In this document: in pieces, positions 11,986 through 24,515 of the stretch | Position numbering within the stretch: the stretch's first letter is position 1 | How the letters are laid out: each line of letters begins with the position of its first letter | Source: Squalus acanthias | Lineage: Eukaryota | Length of the DNA stretch: 64,000 bases | Direction: 5' to 3' | NCBI GenBank assembly: GCA_030390025.1 | Contig: CM059431.1 | Location: forward strand, 103,914,001-103,978,000 | The notes under the pieces: generated by a model | Told to the model about the DNA's origin: nothing | The model's database searches: none | Seen by the model: only the letters and a program-made list of their open reading frames with translations | Position numbers and translations under genes: made by a program

Positions 11986-12721
11986 CGGAAACTCTGAACC
12001 AGATTGTTAATTCTGCACCAATGCTACATTATGGAAACCTTTGTGCTCTCCCCTCCACCCCCCCACACATTAATTAGCAAATTGATTATAGTGCTCAAAC
12101 TCCAGTCTCTGAGGACTCTCACAGCTGGAGGGATGGCTTTGCTGTTGCAATGCTTGGCTGGATTGGCACCTAGGTCTCATAGGTGAAAGAATCATACCGT
12201 GACATACCGTGACAGCTCTTTGTGTCATTAAGATGAACGATTGCCGGGCTGTAATTGATTGAATGTACTCCATCTCAGCAAGGAGTAAGATTGAGCAGGG
12301 ATAGTTTATCATTTACTGAATGTATTTCCAGTAGTAAGTCAGTGGTTGAGCAGTATAAGCACTGTGAAGACATCACCAGTCAGACTATCCCATACGTTAG
12401 GCTACAGGAAGAAATCTGATGATGGTTAGTGACAGTAGAGAAACATGGTGGTAAAATAATAAAAGGAGATACGTAACAAAAACGTGGTGAAAAGTAACAT
12501 ACACTGTCAGATTTTGGTCCTTTTATACATAGAGAAGAACAAATTGTTCCCCCTCTGCAAAGTATTATTCTGTTGAGAAAAACTGGAAGGATTTTTGTTT
12601 AAAAATAAAGCAGGGATGATTCACTATTAGCAATCCCACTGATAATGCAACTCTGCTTAAAATGTTTTGCCAAGATTAAACTACGAATTGAATGATTAAG
12701 CTGCACTTATTTATCTTGATT

Positions 12722-13193
12722 AAAAAAGAAAGACTTGCATTTCTATAGCGCCTTTCACGACCGCCGGACGTCTCAAAGCACTTTATAGTCAATGAAGTAC
12801 TTTTGGAGTGCAGTCACTGTTGTAATGTGGGAAACGCGGCAGCCGATTTGCGCACAGCAAGCTCCCACAAACAGCAATGTGATAATGACCAGATAATCTG
12901 TTTTTGTTATGTTGGTTGAGGGATAAATATTGGGCCAGGACACTGGGGATAACTCCCCCTGCTCTTCTTCGAAATAGTGCCTTGGGATCTTTTACGTCCG
13001 CCCGAGAGGGCAGACGGGGCCTCAGTTTAACGTCTCATCCGAAAGACGGCAACTCCGACAGTGCAGCACTCCCTCAGCACTGCACTGGGAGTGTCAGCCT
13101 AGATTTTTATGCTCAAGTTATTGGAGGAAATTTGAACCCCACAACCTTCTGACTCAGAAGCTAGTGGGCTAACCCACTGAGCCACAGCTGACA
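12722..13193 (-). mobile_element. SacSINE1-like SINE, full length
   Basis: Family match. Confidence 0.88.
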
Positions 13194-13429
13194 CTGATTA
13201 TGACAGCTGATTATGTAATTACGTGAGTCTGCGAATGACTTCAAACTTCTAATGATGTTGATTGCCACAATAAACCATCTTCAGGAGATGCTGGAGAAAC
13301 ATCACAGCAACAGCACAGGCACTTGTGAAGCCGCAAAGCTTAAAAACTCACGTCAAAATTATCTAACAGTAACAAACACCAGTAAGGTTACAGCAGCATA
13401 TGCTGTGGAATAATAATTTATGCTAGTGA

Positions 13430-13783
13430 TTGGTAGAGGAAATAAGGAGAAACTGTTTCCACTGGCAGAAGGGTTGGTAACCAGAGGGACACAGATTTAA
13501 GGTCATTGGCAAAAAGAACCAGGGGGAGATGAGGAGAATTTATTTTTAACGCAGCCAGTTGTTGTGATCTGGAACGCACTGCCTGAAAGGGCGGTGGAAG
13601 CAGATTCAATGGTAACTTTTAACAAAGGAATTGGATAGATACTTGAAGGGGAAAAAACTGCAGGGCTATGGGGAAAGAGCAGGGGGGGAGTGGGACTAAT
13701 TGGAGAGCTCTTTCAAAGAGCCGGCACAGGCACGATGGGTCGAATGGCCTCTTTCTGTGCTGTATCATTCTATGATTCTATGA
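13430..13783 (+). mobile_element. CR1 3' fragment
   Basis: ORF2 end plus an (ATTCTATG)n tail. Confidence 0.85.
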
Positions 13784-14539
13784 TCAAATATGATGTTGCA
13801 TTTACAATGATAATTAATAGAGGCTTATGTACTATCGAGCCCTGAAGATTTAGAAATCTGTGGTGCTGAATGGTGCAATTCCACCGAAAGTCATCCACAA
13901 CTAGCGGTCCCAGACGGGATGGTGCCCCTAAGTGCTATGATAGGCTGGGGAGGGACAGCAGCCATGAGTCACCATTCCTGTAAGAACCAATAGTGTGGGG
14001 GGAAAAAAATGAGGATCCAGCACCTAAACAGGGAGTTAGGTGTTAAATTTAACAGCAAAATCTCACAGAAGTAATCTCAGGTTTACTCTTGAGGCCATCT
14101 TCTAGACCAGATAGTGAGTGGCAGGTTAGATACACCAACATGTAATTAAATATTGTGCAAAAGGCAGGACCTCTAACTCTTACTGGATTTGGAGGTGTTC
14201 TAGAGTCAATAGAAACTGCATAGATAGGACAGGCTTGACCATGGGTTGGACTGGTGCCAATGTTCTGACAGGGATTAATAAGGTGATGGAGAAGCAGCTA
14301 TGGTGGAGAAGGGCCAAGACAATCTAAAATAGCAAACCCAAGGGAAGCAATGGAGAGACAGGTAGGAGGAGAGAAGTTAGGAAGAAGGATAATGAAGAAA
14401 AAAGTAAGAAAACATAGAAGGGAAAAGGGGACTGCGGAATATGAACGGGGAAGGGTGCCACTGTTTAGATGTGAATTCACAAAGCATTAGAAAATAAAGC
14501 CAGGAAACTAGAGCCACTAATTAGAATGGAGGGATATAA

Positions 14540-14760
14540 TCATAGAATCATAGCCTAGTACAGCAGAGAAGGAGGACATTCGGCCCATCGAGTCTGCGCC
14601 GGCTCTTTCGAAGAGCAATCCAGTTAGTCCCACTCCCCCCCGCCCTTTCCCCAAATCCCTGCAATTTTTTCTCCTTCAAGTATTTATTCAATTCCCTTTT
14701 GAAGGCTACTATTGAATCTGTGTCCACCATCCTATCAGGCAACGCATTCCAAATCCTAAT
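14540..14760 (-). mobile_element. CR1 3' tail
   Basis: catagaat repeats and ORF2 end on the minus strand. Confidence 0.8.
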
Positions 14761-15816
14761 AATGCTGATGGATTAAGCCAGGAAGGGAATGGGAGGTAAA
14801 CATTCCTGACTATAACATTTATACAGAGAAGGAAAAAAAAGGGGGGAGTGGCCTCGTTAATTAATTACACAATTACAGTGAAAGAAAGCAAAGTTTTGAT
14901 CAATGGCGGTGCTCAGACTCTATGGATTGAATTTAAAAAAATAATCTGTTGCCCTATTGGAAACACATTATACACCACCGAATAAAGGGAAACAGATCAA
15001 GGATGAGATTTGTAGGCAATTTAGAGAGGTTTGCAGGAGTGACACAGTTATAATAATGGGGGACTTTAATGATCCTGAAGTGGACTGGGAAAGCAAAATG
15101 TTTCTGTCAATATAAGATAGTCCCGAATAAATCCAATAGGGAGTTCAGGAGAAACTTCTTTACTCAGAGAGTGGTGAGAATGTGGAACTCGCTACCACAG
15201 GGAGTAGTTGAGACGAATATCATAGATACATTTAACGGGAAGCTAAATAAGCACATGAGGGAGAAAGGAATAGAAGGATATGCTGATAGCGTGAGATGAA
15301 TTAATGTAGGGGGAGGCTCGTGTGGAGCATAAACACCGGCACGGACCAGTTGGGCTGAATGGCCTGTTTCTGTCCTGTAAATTCTATGTAATTCCATGGT
15401 AAAGGAAGAGGAATTATATCGCCAAAAAGGAACGATGGAGTGTTGGATCTGTTTCTGGGGCATAAGCAAGGCAAGTAAATGACCTGAAAGTAGGAGACCA
15501 CCTTATATGAATCGAGGTAAAGAAAACGAGCAGCCTGCAATAAGGGTGCTAGACTGGAAATTAAATAATTTGAACAGGATGAATGGGAGATGGATCAGTT
15601 ATAAGTTAAATGGATTGCAACTTGAAGTAACAGGAGGGCATCAAAGTCTGGGTTCCATGGATAAATGGAGAGGTCTGATCACAAACGAGGTTTTAAAAAG
15701 AGGTATGTGATAATATAAGGTTACAATAAGAAGGAAACTATGAGCAGTATGAAAAGTATGAAGGGAAGAAAAAAAGGCGATTAGCAAAGTCAAAAGTGTG
15801 TATGAGAAAAGACTGA

Positions 15817-16131
15817 GGGCTGGATTTTCATTAACCCGTGGAGGTGGGTTTGGAGGCGTGTGGGGGGTTAAAATTGCGAAAACTGGCGGGCGGGCAGAAG
15901 CCCGCCTCTATCCCACCTCCACGCAATTTTTATTAAATCGTGTCTGCTGGTCCCGACTGCGTCCCGCCTCTAAGAGGCGGGATAGGCTGTTGAGGCCCTT
16001 AACAAGCACTAAATTGCCTCTATAATGCCATTTTGAAAGGCCTTTGTGATTTTAACCCTTTTTCTATGTGAAGCACGCCTGTTCTGAACCACGAATGTGA
16101 AACTTGTTGGGAGCACATTTGGATAGCTGAT

Positions 16132-16163
<32 letters not shown>

Positions 16164-16551
16164 GTAGGTAGGCAGGCTGGCTGGATGGATGGATGGATGG
16201 ATGGATGACATATCTGGGAGTGGTGGTGGATGGGAGACATATCTGGGAGTGGTGGTGCAAAAATATCTGGGAGCAGACTTAGGGCTGCTGCTGCTCATTT
16301 TGCATCCAGGTCCTCTCACAGCAAAGGCCAGGCAGTCTTTGCAGACCTTCAATGCAGCAGCAATGATGACATCATCAGAGGTGACTTTCAGACTGAAAAC
16401 ACTAATTGGTTCATGGGTTCCCACATGCTGGAACTCAATTGCCCAATTAGGTGAAAATCGCATCATTCTCCCACATCCAATTGCAGTCGGGTGGATAACA
16501 CGAAAAGTGAATGACACGACACCAACCTGCCCCAGTATCAAAATCCAGCCC
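15817..16551. mobile_element. PIF/Harbinger MITE family A, copy 2
   Basis: Perfect TIR gggctggatttt/aaaatccagccc with TSD TGA; internal (GGCT)n and (GGAT)n. Confidence 0.88.
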
Positions 16552-16594
16552 TGAGGGTCAACAGAAAAGGGTAATAGCGAGAGATAGAAACACA

Positions 16595-17043
16595 CATTTC
16601 TATAGCGCCTTTCACAACCTCAGGACATCCCAAAGCGCTTTACAGCCAATTAAGTAGTTTTTAAAGTGTAGTCACTGTTGTAATGTAGGAAACACGGCAG
16701 CCAATTTGTGCACAGCAAGCTCCCACAAACAGCAATGTGATAATGACCAGATAATCTGTTTTTGTAGTGATGTTGGTTGAGTGATAAATATTGGCCAGGA
16801 CACCAGGGATAACTCGCCTGCTCCTCTTCGGAATAGTGCCGTGGGATCTTTTACGTCCACCTGAGAGAGCAGACGGGGCCTCGGTTTAACGTCTCATCCG
16901 AAAGACGGCACCTCCGACAGTGCAGCACACCCTCAGCACTGCACTGGGAGTGTCAGCCTAGATTGTGTGCTCAAGTCCCTGGAGTGGGACTCGAACCCAT
17001 AACCTTCTGACTCAGAGGTGAGAGTGCTACCCACTGAGCCACG
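16595..17043 (-). mobile_element. SacSINE1-like SINE
   Basis: Family match. Confidence 0.88.
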
Positions 17044-17209
17044 AAGTACAAGGATCGCTACTTAAAGGTGAAAGAGAATGGTGGAGATGCTTCATAAGTT
17101 TTTTTGCCTTAGTTTTTACAGGAAAAAGTGAAAGTCGAACTCTTTCAAGGCCTGACTCTGATAGTGGTGTACTCTCCCAATCTCTCCGAAGGTGGACTGA
17201 GCAAACATG

Positions 17210-17652
17210 TGGTGAGAGGAAGCCTGACACGAATCAATAAACCGCCTTATTTCTCAGTAAGATGCACGTATAGACCAACAGTTGTGATCAGACGCATTTA
17301 ATTCAATCATTGCAACTCACCTGCGACTAATAATACAAAATAAAAAGCCGGCCGTGCTTCTGCACATCAGTAGACCATCTTACTTGACAAGCAAGATGAC
17401 TTTTAACTATCTTCCAGCTCTTCTAACCTCTTAGTCTTGGCAAAAGCACTCACAGCTTTCTCTTTATAACTCTGATTACCTTCCAACCTTAGCTGGACCT
17501 GCTTACCTGACCTTTCAACCTGTGGGTGTTTGTTCTCTTGTTCCCTGTCCCACAGGAAGTTGGGCGGGGGGCATTGGTTCCTGACCCAGCCCCCCTCTTT
17601 GGGGTTCACCAGAATAGCTGCTCATGAAGCCTGCTGCCGACACCCCTCACCT
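17210..17652 (-). mobile_element. Probable solo LTR
   Basis: Short inverted termini (tggtgagagg...cccctcacct); minus strand has CCAAT, GC box, TATAAA (~17463-17468) and ATTAAA (~17297-17302) in LTR order; no TSD found. Confidence 0.4.
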
Positions 17653-17693
17653 TTGAAATTAGCTTCTTGCAGATTTCAACATTCTAACTCCAT

Positions 17694-18430
17694 GGGCTAG
17701 ATTTTCATAGACCCGTGGAGGTGGGTTTGGAGGCGTGTGGGGGGTTAAAATTGCGAAAAGTGGCGGGCGGACCCGATCCCGCCTCCATTCCGCCTCCACG
17801 CAATTTTGATGAAATCGTGTGCGGTGGTCCCGACTCCGTCCCGCCTTTAAGAGACAGGATAGGCTGTTAAGGCCCTTAACAAGCACTAAATTGGCTCTAT
17901 GATGCCATTTTGAAAGGCCTTTGTGATTTTAACCCTTGATCTACGTGAAGCACGCCTGTTCTGAACCACGATTGTGAAACCTGGCGGGAGCACAAGTGGA
18001 TAGCTGAATATCAGCTGCAGGTCCACTATTACAACGGAAATGTGATGAAGGTAGTAGTAGTATTCGGTCTGAAAGTCGCCGCTGATGCTGCTGCATTGAA
18101 GGTCTTCACAGACTGCCTGGTCTTTGCTGTGAGAGGACCTGGATCTCTCTCTCTCTCTCTCCCCTAGAGCTGCTGCTCATTTTGCATCCAGGTCCTCTCA
18201 CAGCAAAAGCCAGGCAGTCTCTGACCTGCAATGCAGCAGCAATGATGACATCATCAGAGGCGACTTTCAGACTGAAACCACTAATTGGTTCATGGGTTCC
18301 CACATGCTGGAACTCAATTGCCCAATTAAGTGAAAATTGCATCAATCTCCCACATCCAATTGCAGTCGGGTAGATAACACGAAATGCGGATGACACGACC
18401 CCAACCCACCCTAGTATCAAAATCCAGCCC
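17694..18430. mobile_element. PIF/Harbinger MITE family A, copy 3
   Basis: TIR gggctagatttt/aaaatccagccc with TSD CAT; internal hairpin at 18067-18272. Confidence 0.88.
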
Positions 18431-19179
18431 CATATGTTTGCTTGGAATACTTGAGATGAGGTAACAATTCTCTTATTTCTGATAATCGGGGTAACATTGG
18501 AATGTAGGTTAAAACCTCCATGCCTGGCTTTAATACACAACTCCCAAAATGCCGGCTTTTTCTTTTAAAATCTGAGCAAAACCACTTTTTTTGTTAAAAC
18601 GCAACACTTAAACATAGCTCAATCCCCAAACCCTTTTGTGTGACGAAAAACAAAAATGGTCAGAGTTCCTGAAATATGACAGTGCCACATGAGTGACTTG
18701 TGAAAATTAAGGCACATTGGCCCAGAAACAGGGCAGACCGATCTCCCCTAGCGGGCCTCAAACAGGCGTTGGGGCCCTTATTTGCTTATGCAAAGAGTCG
18801 AACACCTGTTTCAGGCATGGGCCCTGGACGCCTATTTTTATGGCTATACCAATATGGCGGGCGGCGCACTTCCAGCTCATAATGAGCGTGCACTCCCTGC
18901 CTGCCATATTGGAAGCTTAGGACGTCGTCTAGCCCCTGAGAAATGAGCGCTGTGCGATCGAATTACTAGGCCACACATGAGTAAAGTTTGATCAGTTATA
19001 CCATTATTATGATGTGTGCAGCAAGGAGCAGATTTTTTGCTTTCCATACTATATTTAGTGAACAAAATAAACCATAGCTAAATATAACAGAACATCAGAA
19101 TGATTTCATAGAAGGTTGATACTGTTTTTTGAGATTATTTTCTACAAAACATGATTTCAAAATGCTTTTGTGGGCATTA

Positions 19180-19410
19180 TGGGAGATGAAGAGAAATTTA
19201 TTTACTCAGCGAGTTGTTATGATCTGGAATGCACTGCCTGAAAGGGCGGTGGAAGCAGATTCAATAGTAACTTTCAAAAGGGAATTGGATAAATAGGAAG
19301 AGGAAAAATCTGAAGGGCTATGGGGAAAGAGCAGGGGGAGTGGGACTTTCAAAGAGCCGGCACAGGCATGATGGGTCGAATGACTTCCTTCTGTGCTGTG
19401 TCATTCTATG
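19180..19410 (+). mobile_element. CR1 3' tail, with a second short tail at ~19555-19655
   Basis: Matches 13530-13780. Confidence 0.75.
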
Positions 19411-20329
19411 AGTAGTTTATTGTTCAAGGAACACAAAAGTTATGCTGTCAAAAATTGAATTTGTGACAGAGTATTGTCAGCATTTTGAGAGCTATTGTTG
19501 CTTTCAACTCATGGACTATCTTCATGTAATAAGTCTGCAATGTTGGTTCCTGGGATTAGAGCAGGGGAGTGGGGCTAATTGGAGAGCTCTTTCAGAGAGT
19601 CGGCACAGGCACGATGGGCTGAATGGCCTCCTTTGTGCCGCTGGATTCTATGATGCCCTGATTACCTTGCTCACTAGTGTGACGTGTAGTTGTGATCTAG
19701 TTGCTGAAGTAGGTGCCATTGGAAACTATTGATCAGAGGCAAAAAATATCAAGGCAAATGCAGCTTAAATGGAACAGCCACTGAGGGGTGTCTTAATGAA
19801 GTAGTTATTAAAGAAAGTGATCCATCCAACATAACTTTGATACCACATTTTCTTGTCAACATGTGGGATAGTTGCCATGTTAGGCACACTAGTGAGAGAA
19901 TCTCCTAGGATTCATGAATTAAAATGATACACTCCACCAAACGGCAGTTCTCCAATCATAAAACTATGCAAATGATACAAATAATTATTCATCATTGCGT
20001 CCTCCATGAATATGGAAATGTTATCACAGAATGCATAATAAATATCAAAATTCAGGGAATGGGCCAAGAAGTTCAGGTTCAATCATCAATATTGAAAAAT
20101 GTCCACTTGTAGCTCATTTTCATTCCCATTTTAATCTACATTCCAATTTCATGTCTTTTTTCAGTAAGCTTCTTTTTAATTGGCACTTTTTCTTCTGGTA
20201 GCTGAGAAGCAGCTCATATACCAAACCTGAATTGGTGCTTTGCATAAAAACGCTAGTGGGCACTCTTAAACCGTATAATTTTTACTTTGATGTATGTTAT
20301 CTTATTGTTATACACTACCTAAATAAAAT

Positions 20330-21850
20330 CATAGCACCATAGAATAGTACAGCACAGAAGGAGGCCATTCGGCCCATCGAGTCTGTGCCGGCTCTTTCGA
20401 AGAGCAATCCAGTTAGTCCCACTCCCCCCGCTCTTTCCCCTATATCCCAGCAAATTTTTTCTCCTTCCAGTATTTACCCAATTCCCTTTTGAAGGCTACT
20501 ATTGAGTCTACATCCACCGCCCTATCAGGTGGTGCATTCCAAATCCTAACCACTCACTGCTTAAAAAGTTTTTCCTCATGTCGCCTCTGTTCTGTTGCTA
20601 ATCACCTTAAATCTCTGCCCTCTGGTATCAACCCTTCAGCCATTGGAAACAGTTTCTCTTTATTTACTCTGTCTAAACCCTTCATGATTTTAAACACCTC
20701 TATCAAATATCCTCTGAACCTTCTCTGGTCTAAGGAGAACAACCCCACCTTCTCCAGTCTATCCACGTAACTGAAGTCCCTCATCCCTGGAACCATTCTC
20801 TTCTGCACCCTCTCCAAAGCCTTCACGTCCTTCCTAAAGTGCGGTGCCCAGAACTGGACACAATACTCCAGCTGGGGCCGAACTAGTGTTTTATAAAGGT
20901 TTAGATAACTTCCTGGCTTTTGTACTCTATGGGCTGGATTTTTATTGACCCGTGGAGTCGGGTTTGGAGGCGTGTGGGGGGTTAAAGTTGCAGATTCGGG
21001 GGTCCCGACCCCATCCCGCCCCCAACCCGCCTCCATGCCAGTTTCGCTGGAGGCGGGTACCCGACCTGTGCTGGGACCCGCCTCCCCGAGGCGGGAAGGG
21101 GATTAGTGGCAATAAACTACCAGTTAACAGGCAGTTTTTTGCCTAATCCCTATTTTGATTCGTGAAATGTGGGCTTCCCGACAGGTCCCAACCACACCAA
21201 GTTAGCGAGGCGGACTGTGGGTCTGCAGGGGTTGGAGGGGTCGATATGTCCGGTGGGCAGGTGAGTGATGAGTGCATATGTGCAGAGGTAAGCGTGTAAG
21301 GTAAGTGTAAAGTGTGGGAAAAAGGTTTACTTACCTTAACTTCCTCCTGCAGGTGTCAACCCTTCAGGTCTTGGGAGTCAGAAATCTCACCGGCACAGAA
21401 AGCACAATGGCCGTGGTGTTGTCAAAAACTGCAGCCTCTGTTTTCTGTGCTGGAATGATTTCTATCTCAGCCTGAGAGGAAGGACTCAAGTTAGAAGACA
21501 GATTGTCAGTGTTTGACAGCTTCACAGAGCTGTCAAACGCTGATATTTCATCTGTCAAAAGCTCTTGACAGATGAAATGTCAATCTGTGACGTCATTTGT
21601 TGCTGGGTGGCCCTTAATTGGCCCGCTGAGCCCACTGGGCGGGCTCAACAAGGTCAATCAAGTGAAAATGCAGTGGGTTGGCCACAAGTCGATGGAGGCG
21701 AGACTACAACCCAAAAAGTGGGAGTCCCGCCTCCATCACATCCCCAGTATCAAAATCCAGCCCACTGACTCTATTTATAAAGCCCAGGATCCCATATGCT
21801 TTATTAACTGCTTTGTTAACCTGTCCTGCCACCTTCAACGATTTGTGCAT
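20330..21850 (-). mobile_element. CR1 3' fragment split by a MITE
   Basis: LYKTLVRPQLEYCVQFWAPHFRKD in ORF 20602..21036; CR1 sequence resumes after 21763. Confidence 0.85.
20931..21763. mobile_element. PIF/Harbinger MITE related to family A with a different interior
   Basis: Perfect TIR gggctggatttt/aaaatccagccc and shared subterminal sequence; TSD not intact. Confidence 0.8.
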
Positions 21851-22191
21851 TTGTTGCTGATTTAGCTAGGAACTGACAAAGTCATTAAAGATAGCATTAA
21901 ACAACTTTTCAATCAGTTATCAGAATATAAATGCAGAGTGCTACAGATTGGTGAAAATTATAAGAAGTGGAATATTTTGCCCCATTTTCCCTTGGTGGTT
22001 TATCCGATAATGAACTGAGCCTCACAGACTAGGAAGCTCCAAGGTTGGACCCATGGTCTGTGATTGCTGAGCTTGGACAGGTAGACATAGTCGACCTGGG
22101 TCTGGCTGCTGATAAACACCCAGTGCTCTCCGCTAGAAGAAGTCCGAGTGACCATCGGAGGTGGGCAAGATCAGGATGGGATTACGATGTC

Positions 22192-22490
22192 AACATTGAG
22201 TTCAACAATTTCAGACTATAACCCCTGCTCCCATTTTTCAGGCTGTTTATGATTCTGCCATCCCCATTTGCAACATTTAATCTCTCCTACCTCCTACCCT
22301 AGCACAGAATGTTGGTTCAGTTCCTTCCTCCCCTCACCCCCCTTTCTCTGCCTCTGCACCTGCTTAAAATCTGTTACATCTCTAACCTTTTCCAGTTCTG
22401 GTGAAGGGTCCCAGACCTGAAACGTTAACTCTGTTTCTCTCTCCACGGAAGCTGGCTGGCCTGCTGAGTGCTTCCAGCATTTTCTGTTGG
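22192..22490 (+). mobile_element. Penelope-like element 3' end with a mutated hammerhead
   Basis: ORF end NIEFNNFRL*, CT-rich UTR, CTGGTGA-stem-GAAACGTT at 22398-22426; TSD TACGATGTC at 22183 and 22491. Confidence 0.8.
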
Positions 22491-23334
22491 TACGATGTCC
22501 CTCTTGCTGGACAGCTTGCCAATCGTCAAAGTCCAAGTTTGCATGAATAATTCCCACTTGTATGAGCTCCGAGAGGGTGAGTGGCACCTGAGGAACTAAG
22601 GGAGGCTCCAACACTTTCATGAGGTGAAAGAAGTTGGTGAAGAAGATTAGGAAAGGAAAGAGAAAATAAAATTCAAACTGCTCTGCTTTGCAAAAGGTTT
22701 AAGAGCTGAGACTCTGGGAAAAGAAACTTTGGAGATTAAGGTTTAAACTGTAATATTTAAATAAGAACTTAAATGTGTATAAATGGCATAAGTGGTTGGG
22801 TTAAGAGAATTGGGGAAATGGAAAAGTAAGTGGTTTCTACTTGATAGCCAAGCCTCGCTAGTTTTTTTTCCCAAGGAACAGTTCGCCTCCATCCCACATT
22901 ATCCAGGTCATAGTTTGAAATGGGCCCAATTCAACGGGGATACATGAACAAGTGTCTCCCCTTACAAGCAGCACACCACTCATATTTTCTTCAATCGGCG
23001 CTTCCCCTTTAATAGGGACCTAGTCGGAGCCTGCGCCGTATGCGGTCTGATCTGTTTTAATGGCGGTACAGACAAAACGGGATAAGTTTTAAATTATTGC
23101 CATGGGGCCAGGAGCAGTGAGATATGGCACTAGCTCAAATCCGGCGAGTGGCATCGGGACATAGACTTAGAACCGACAACTCGCCGGTGCTATTTAAATG
23201 AGTCCGAGGCCTCAAACTAACCCTGGCCTCTTCGCTGCTGAAATGGGGGCTAGCTGACCTCTGCCCGAAAGTTAAAACGCACTCCAATGCATCTTGATGT
23301 CCACAGGCGACCGGTGAGCTGCTAGGTTACAAGT

Positions 23335-23343
23335 GTGTCAGCC

Positions 23344-23375
<32 letters not shown>

Positions 23376-23745
23376 GCAGAAGGGCGTGGGTTCAAGTCCT
23401 CAATCCATGAGGCTTCAGCACAAAATCCAGGCAGACACTCCCAATGCAGTCCTGAGGGAGTGCAGCACTGTCGGAGGTGCCGTCTTTCGGATGAGACATT
23501 AAACCGAAGCTACGTCTGCTCTCTCAGGTGGACGTTAAAGATTCCATGGTGCTATTTTGAAGAAGAGCAGGGGAGTTCTCCCTGCTGTCCTGGGCCAATA
23601 TTAATCCCTCACCCAACATCACTAAAACAGATTATCTGGTCATGATCGCATTGCTGTTTTAGGGACCTTGCTGTGCGCCAATTATTGGCTGCGTTTCCCA
23701 CATCACAGGAGTGACTACTTTTCAAAAGTATGCTGGGGTCATGAA
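23335..23745 (+). mobile_element. SacSINE1-like SINE
   Basis: Family match; 3' end truncated. Confidence 0.85.
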
Positions 23746-23975
23746 CGGAAAGAAAAATCGGGCAGGTATATAATGGGCAGTCAATTTGCACCCGCCTGTT
23801 TACCACCCCCGCCAAAGGTTAAAATCGGCCCCCAATATTGGCTCCATTATTATATGTAGTAATTGTGTCATCATCATTGTTCCTTCTGTACAGTTATCAT
23901 CGTCAATCAACTACGCAAAGCCATCACTGCCTTTCAAGACGCTGACTACAGACAAATATAAATGCAGCCAAACGT

Positions 23976-24260
23976 AAACAACAACAACAACTTGCATTTA
24001 TATGGCGCCTTTAACATAGTAAAACGTCCCAAGGCGCTTCACAGGAGCGATTATTAGGTAAAATTTGACACTGAGTCACGTAAGAAGATGTATGACAGGT
24101 GTCCAAAAGCTTGGTCAAAGTGGTAGATTTTAAAGAACATCTCACAGGAGGCGAGAGAGGTGGAGAGGCGGAGAGGTTTAGGGAGGGAATTCCAGATTTC
24201 AGGGCCCAGGCAGCTGAAGGCACGGCCGCCTGTGGTGGGGCGATGGAAATTGAGGATGCG
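23976..24260 (-). mobile_element. L2 3' end
   Basis: (CAA)n tail on the + strand and L2 ORF2 end. Confidence 0.8.
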
Positions 24261-24383
24261 AATGACTCCTATGAGCTCTACTTTATTAATTATAATTATA
24301 GTAGATAAATAGCTATATTTTTCAGATTTCAGGTGATCTCATACACTCTTGTGATCTGAGATTACCTGAGCCATCTATGAGAT

Positions 24384-24515
24384 CTGACGAAAGGTCATTG
24401 AGCTGAAACGTTAACTCTGTTTCTCGCTCTCCACAGACGCTGCTGACCTGCTGAGTATTTCCAGCATTTTCTGTTTTTATTTCAGCCTTCCAGCATCTGC
24501 AGTATTTTGCGTTTG
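24384..24515 (+). mobile_element. Penelope-like terminal fragment with a hammerhead core
   Basis: CTGACGA-A-AGGTC-ATT-GAGCT-GAAA-CGTT; TSD TATGAGATC at 24376 and 24516. Confidence 0.8.

Larger units (their letters stand above)
14770..17140 (+). mobile_element. Old CR1 ORF2 (APE endonuclease region) carrying nested younger insertions
   Basis: GGGVA at ~14840, IMGDFN.P.VDW at ~15050-15090, EML.KFFALVFT at ~17085-17120; interrupted by a CR1 tail (~15108-15398), a MITE and a SINE. Confidence 0.65.

Noticed and set aside
17315..17346. 6-nt microexon or recursive splice site on the minus strand (tattattag TCGCAG GTGAGT)
   Set aside because: It lies inside a probable solo LTR and has no host gene context; a chance match is likely
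24328..24369. 13-bp-stem hairpin as a miRNA precursor
   Set aside because: The stem is too short for a Drosha substrate
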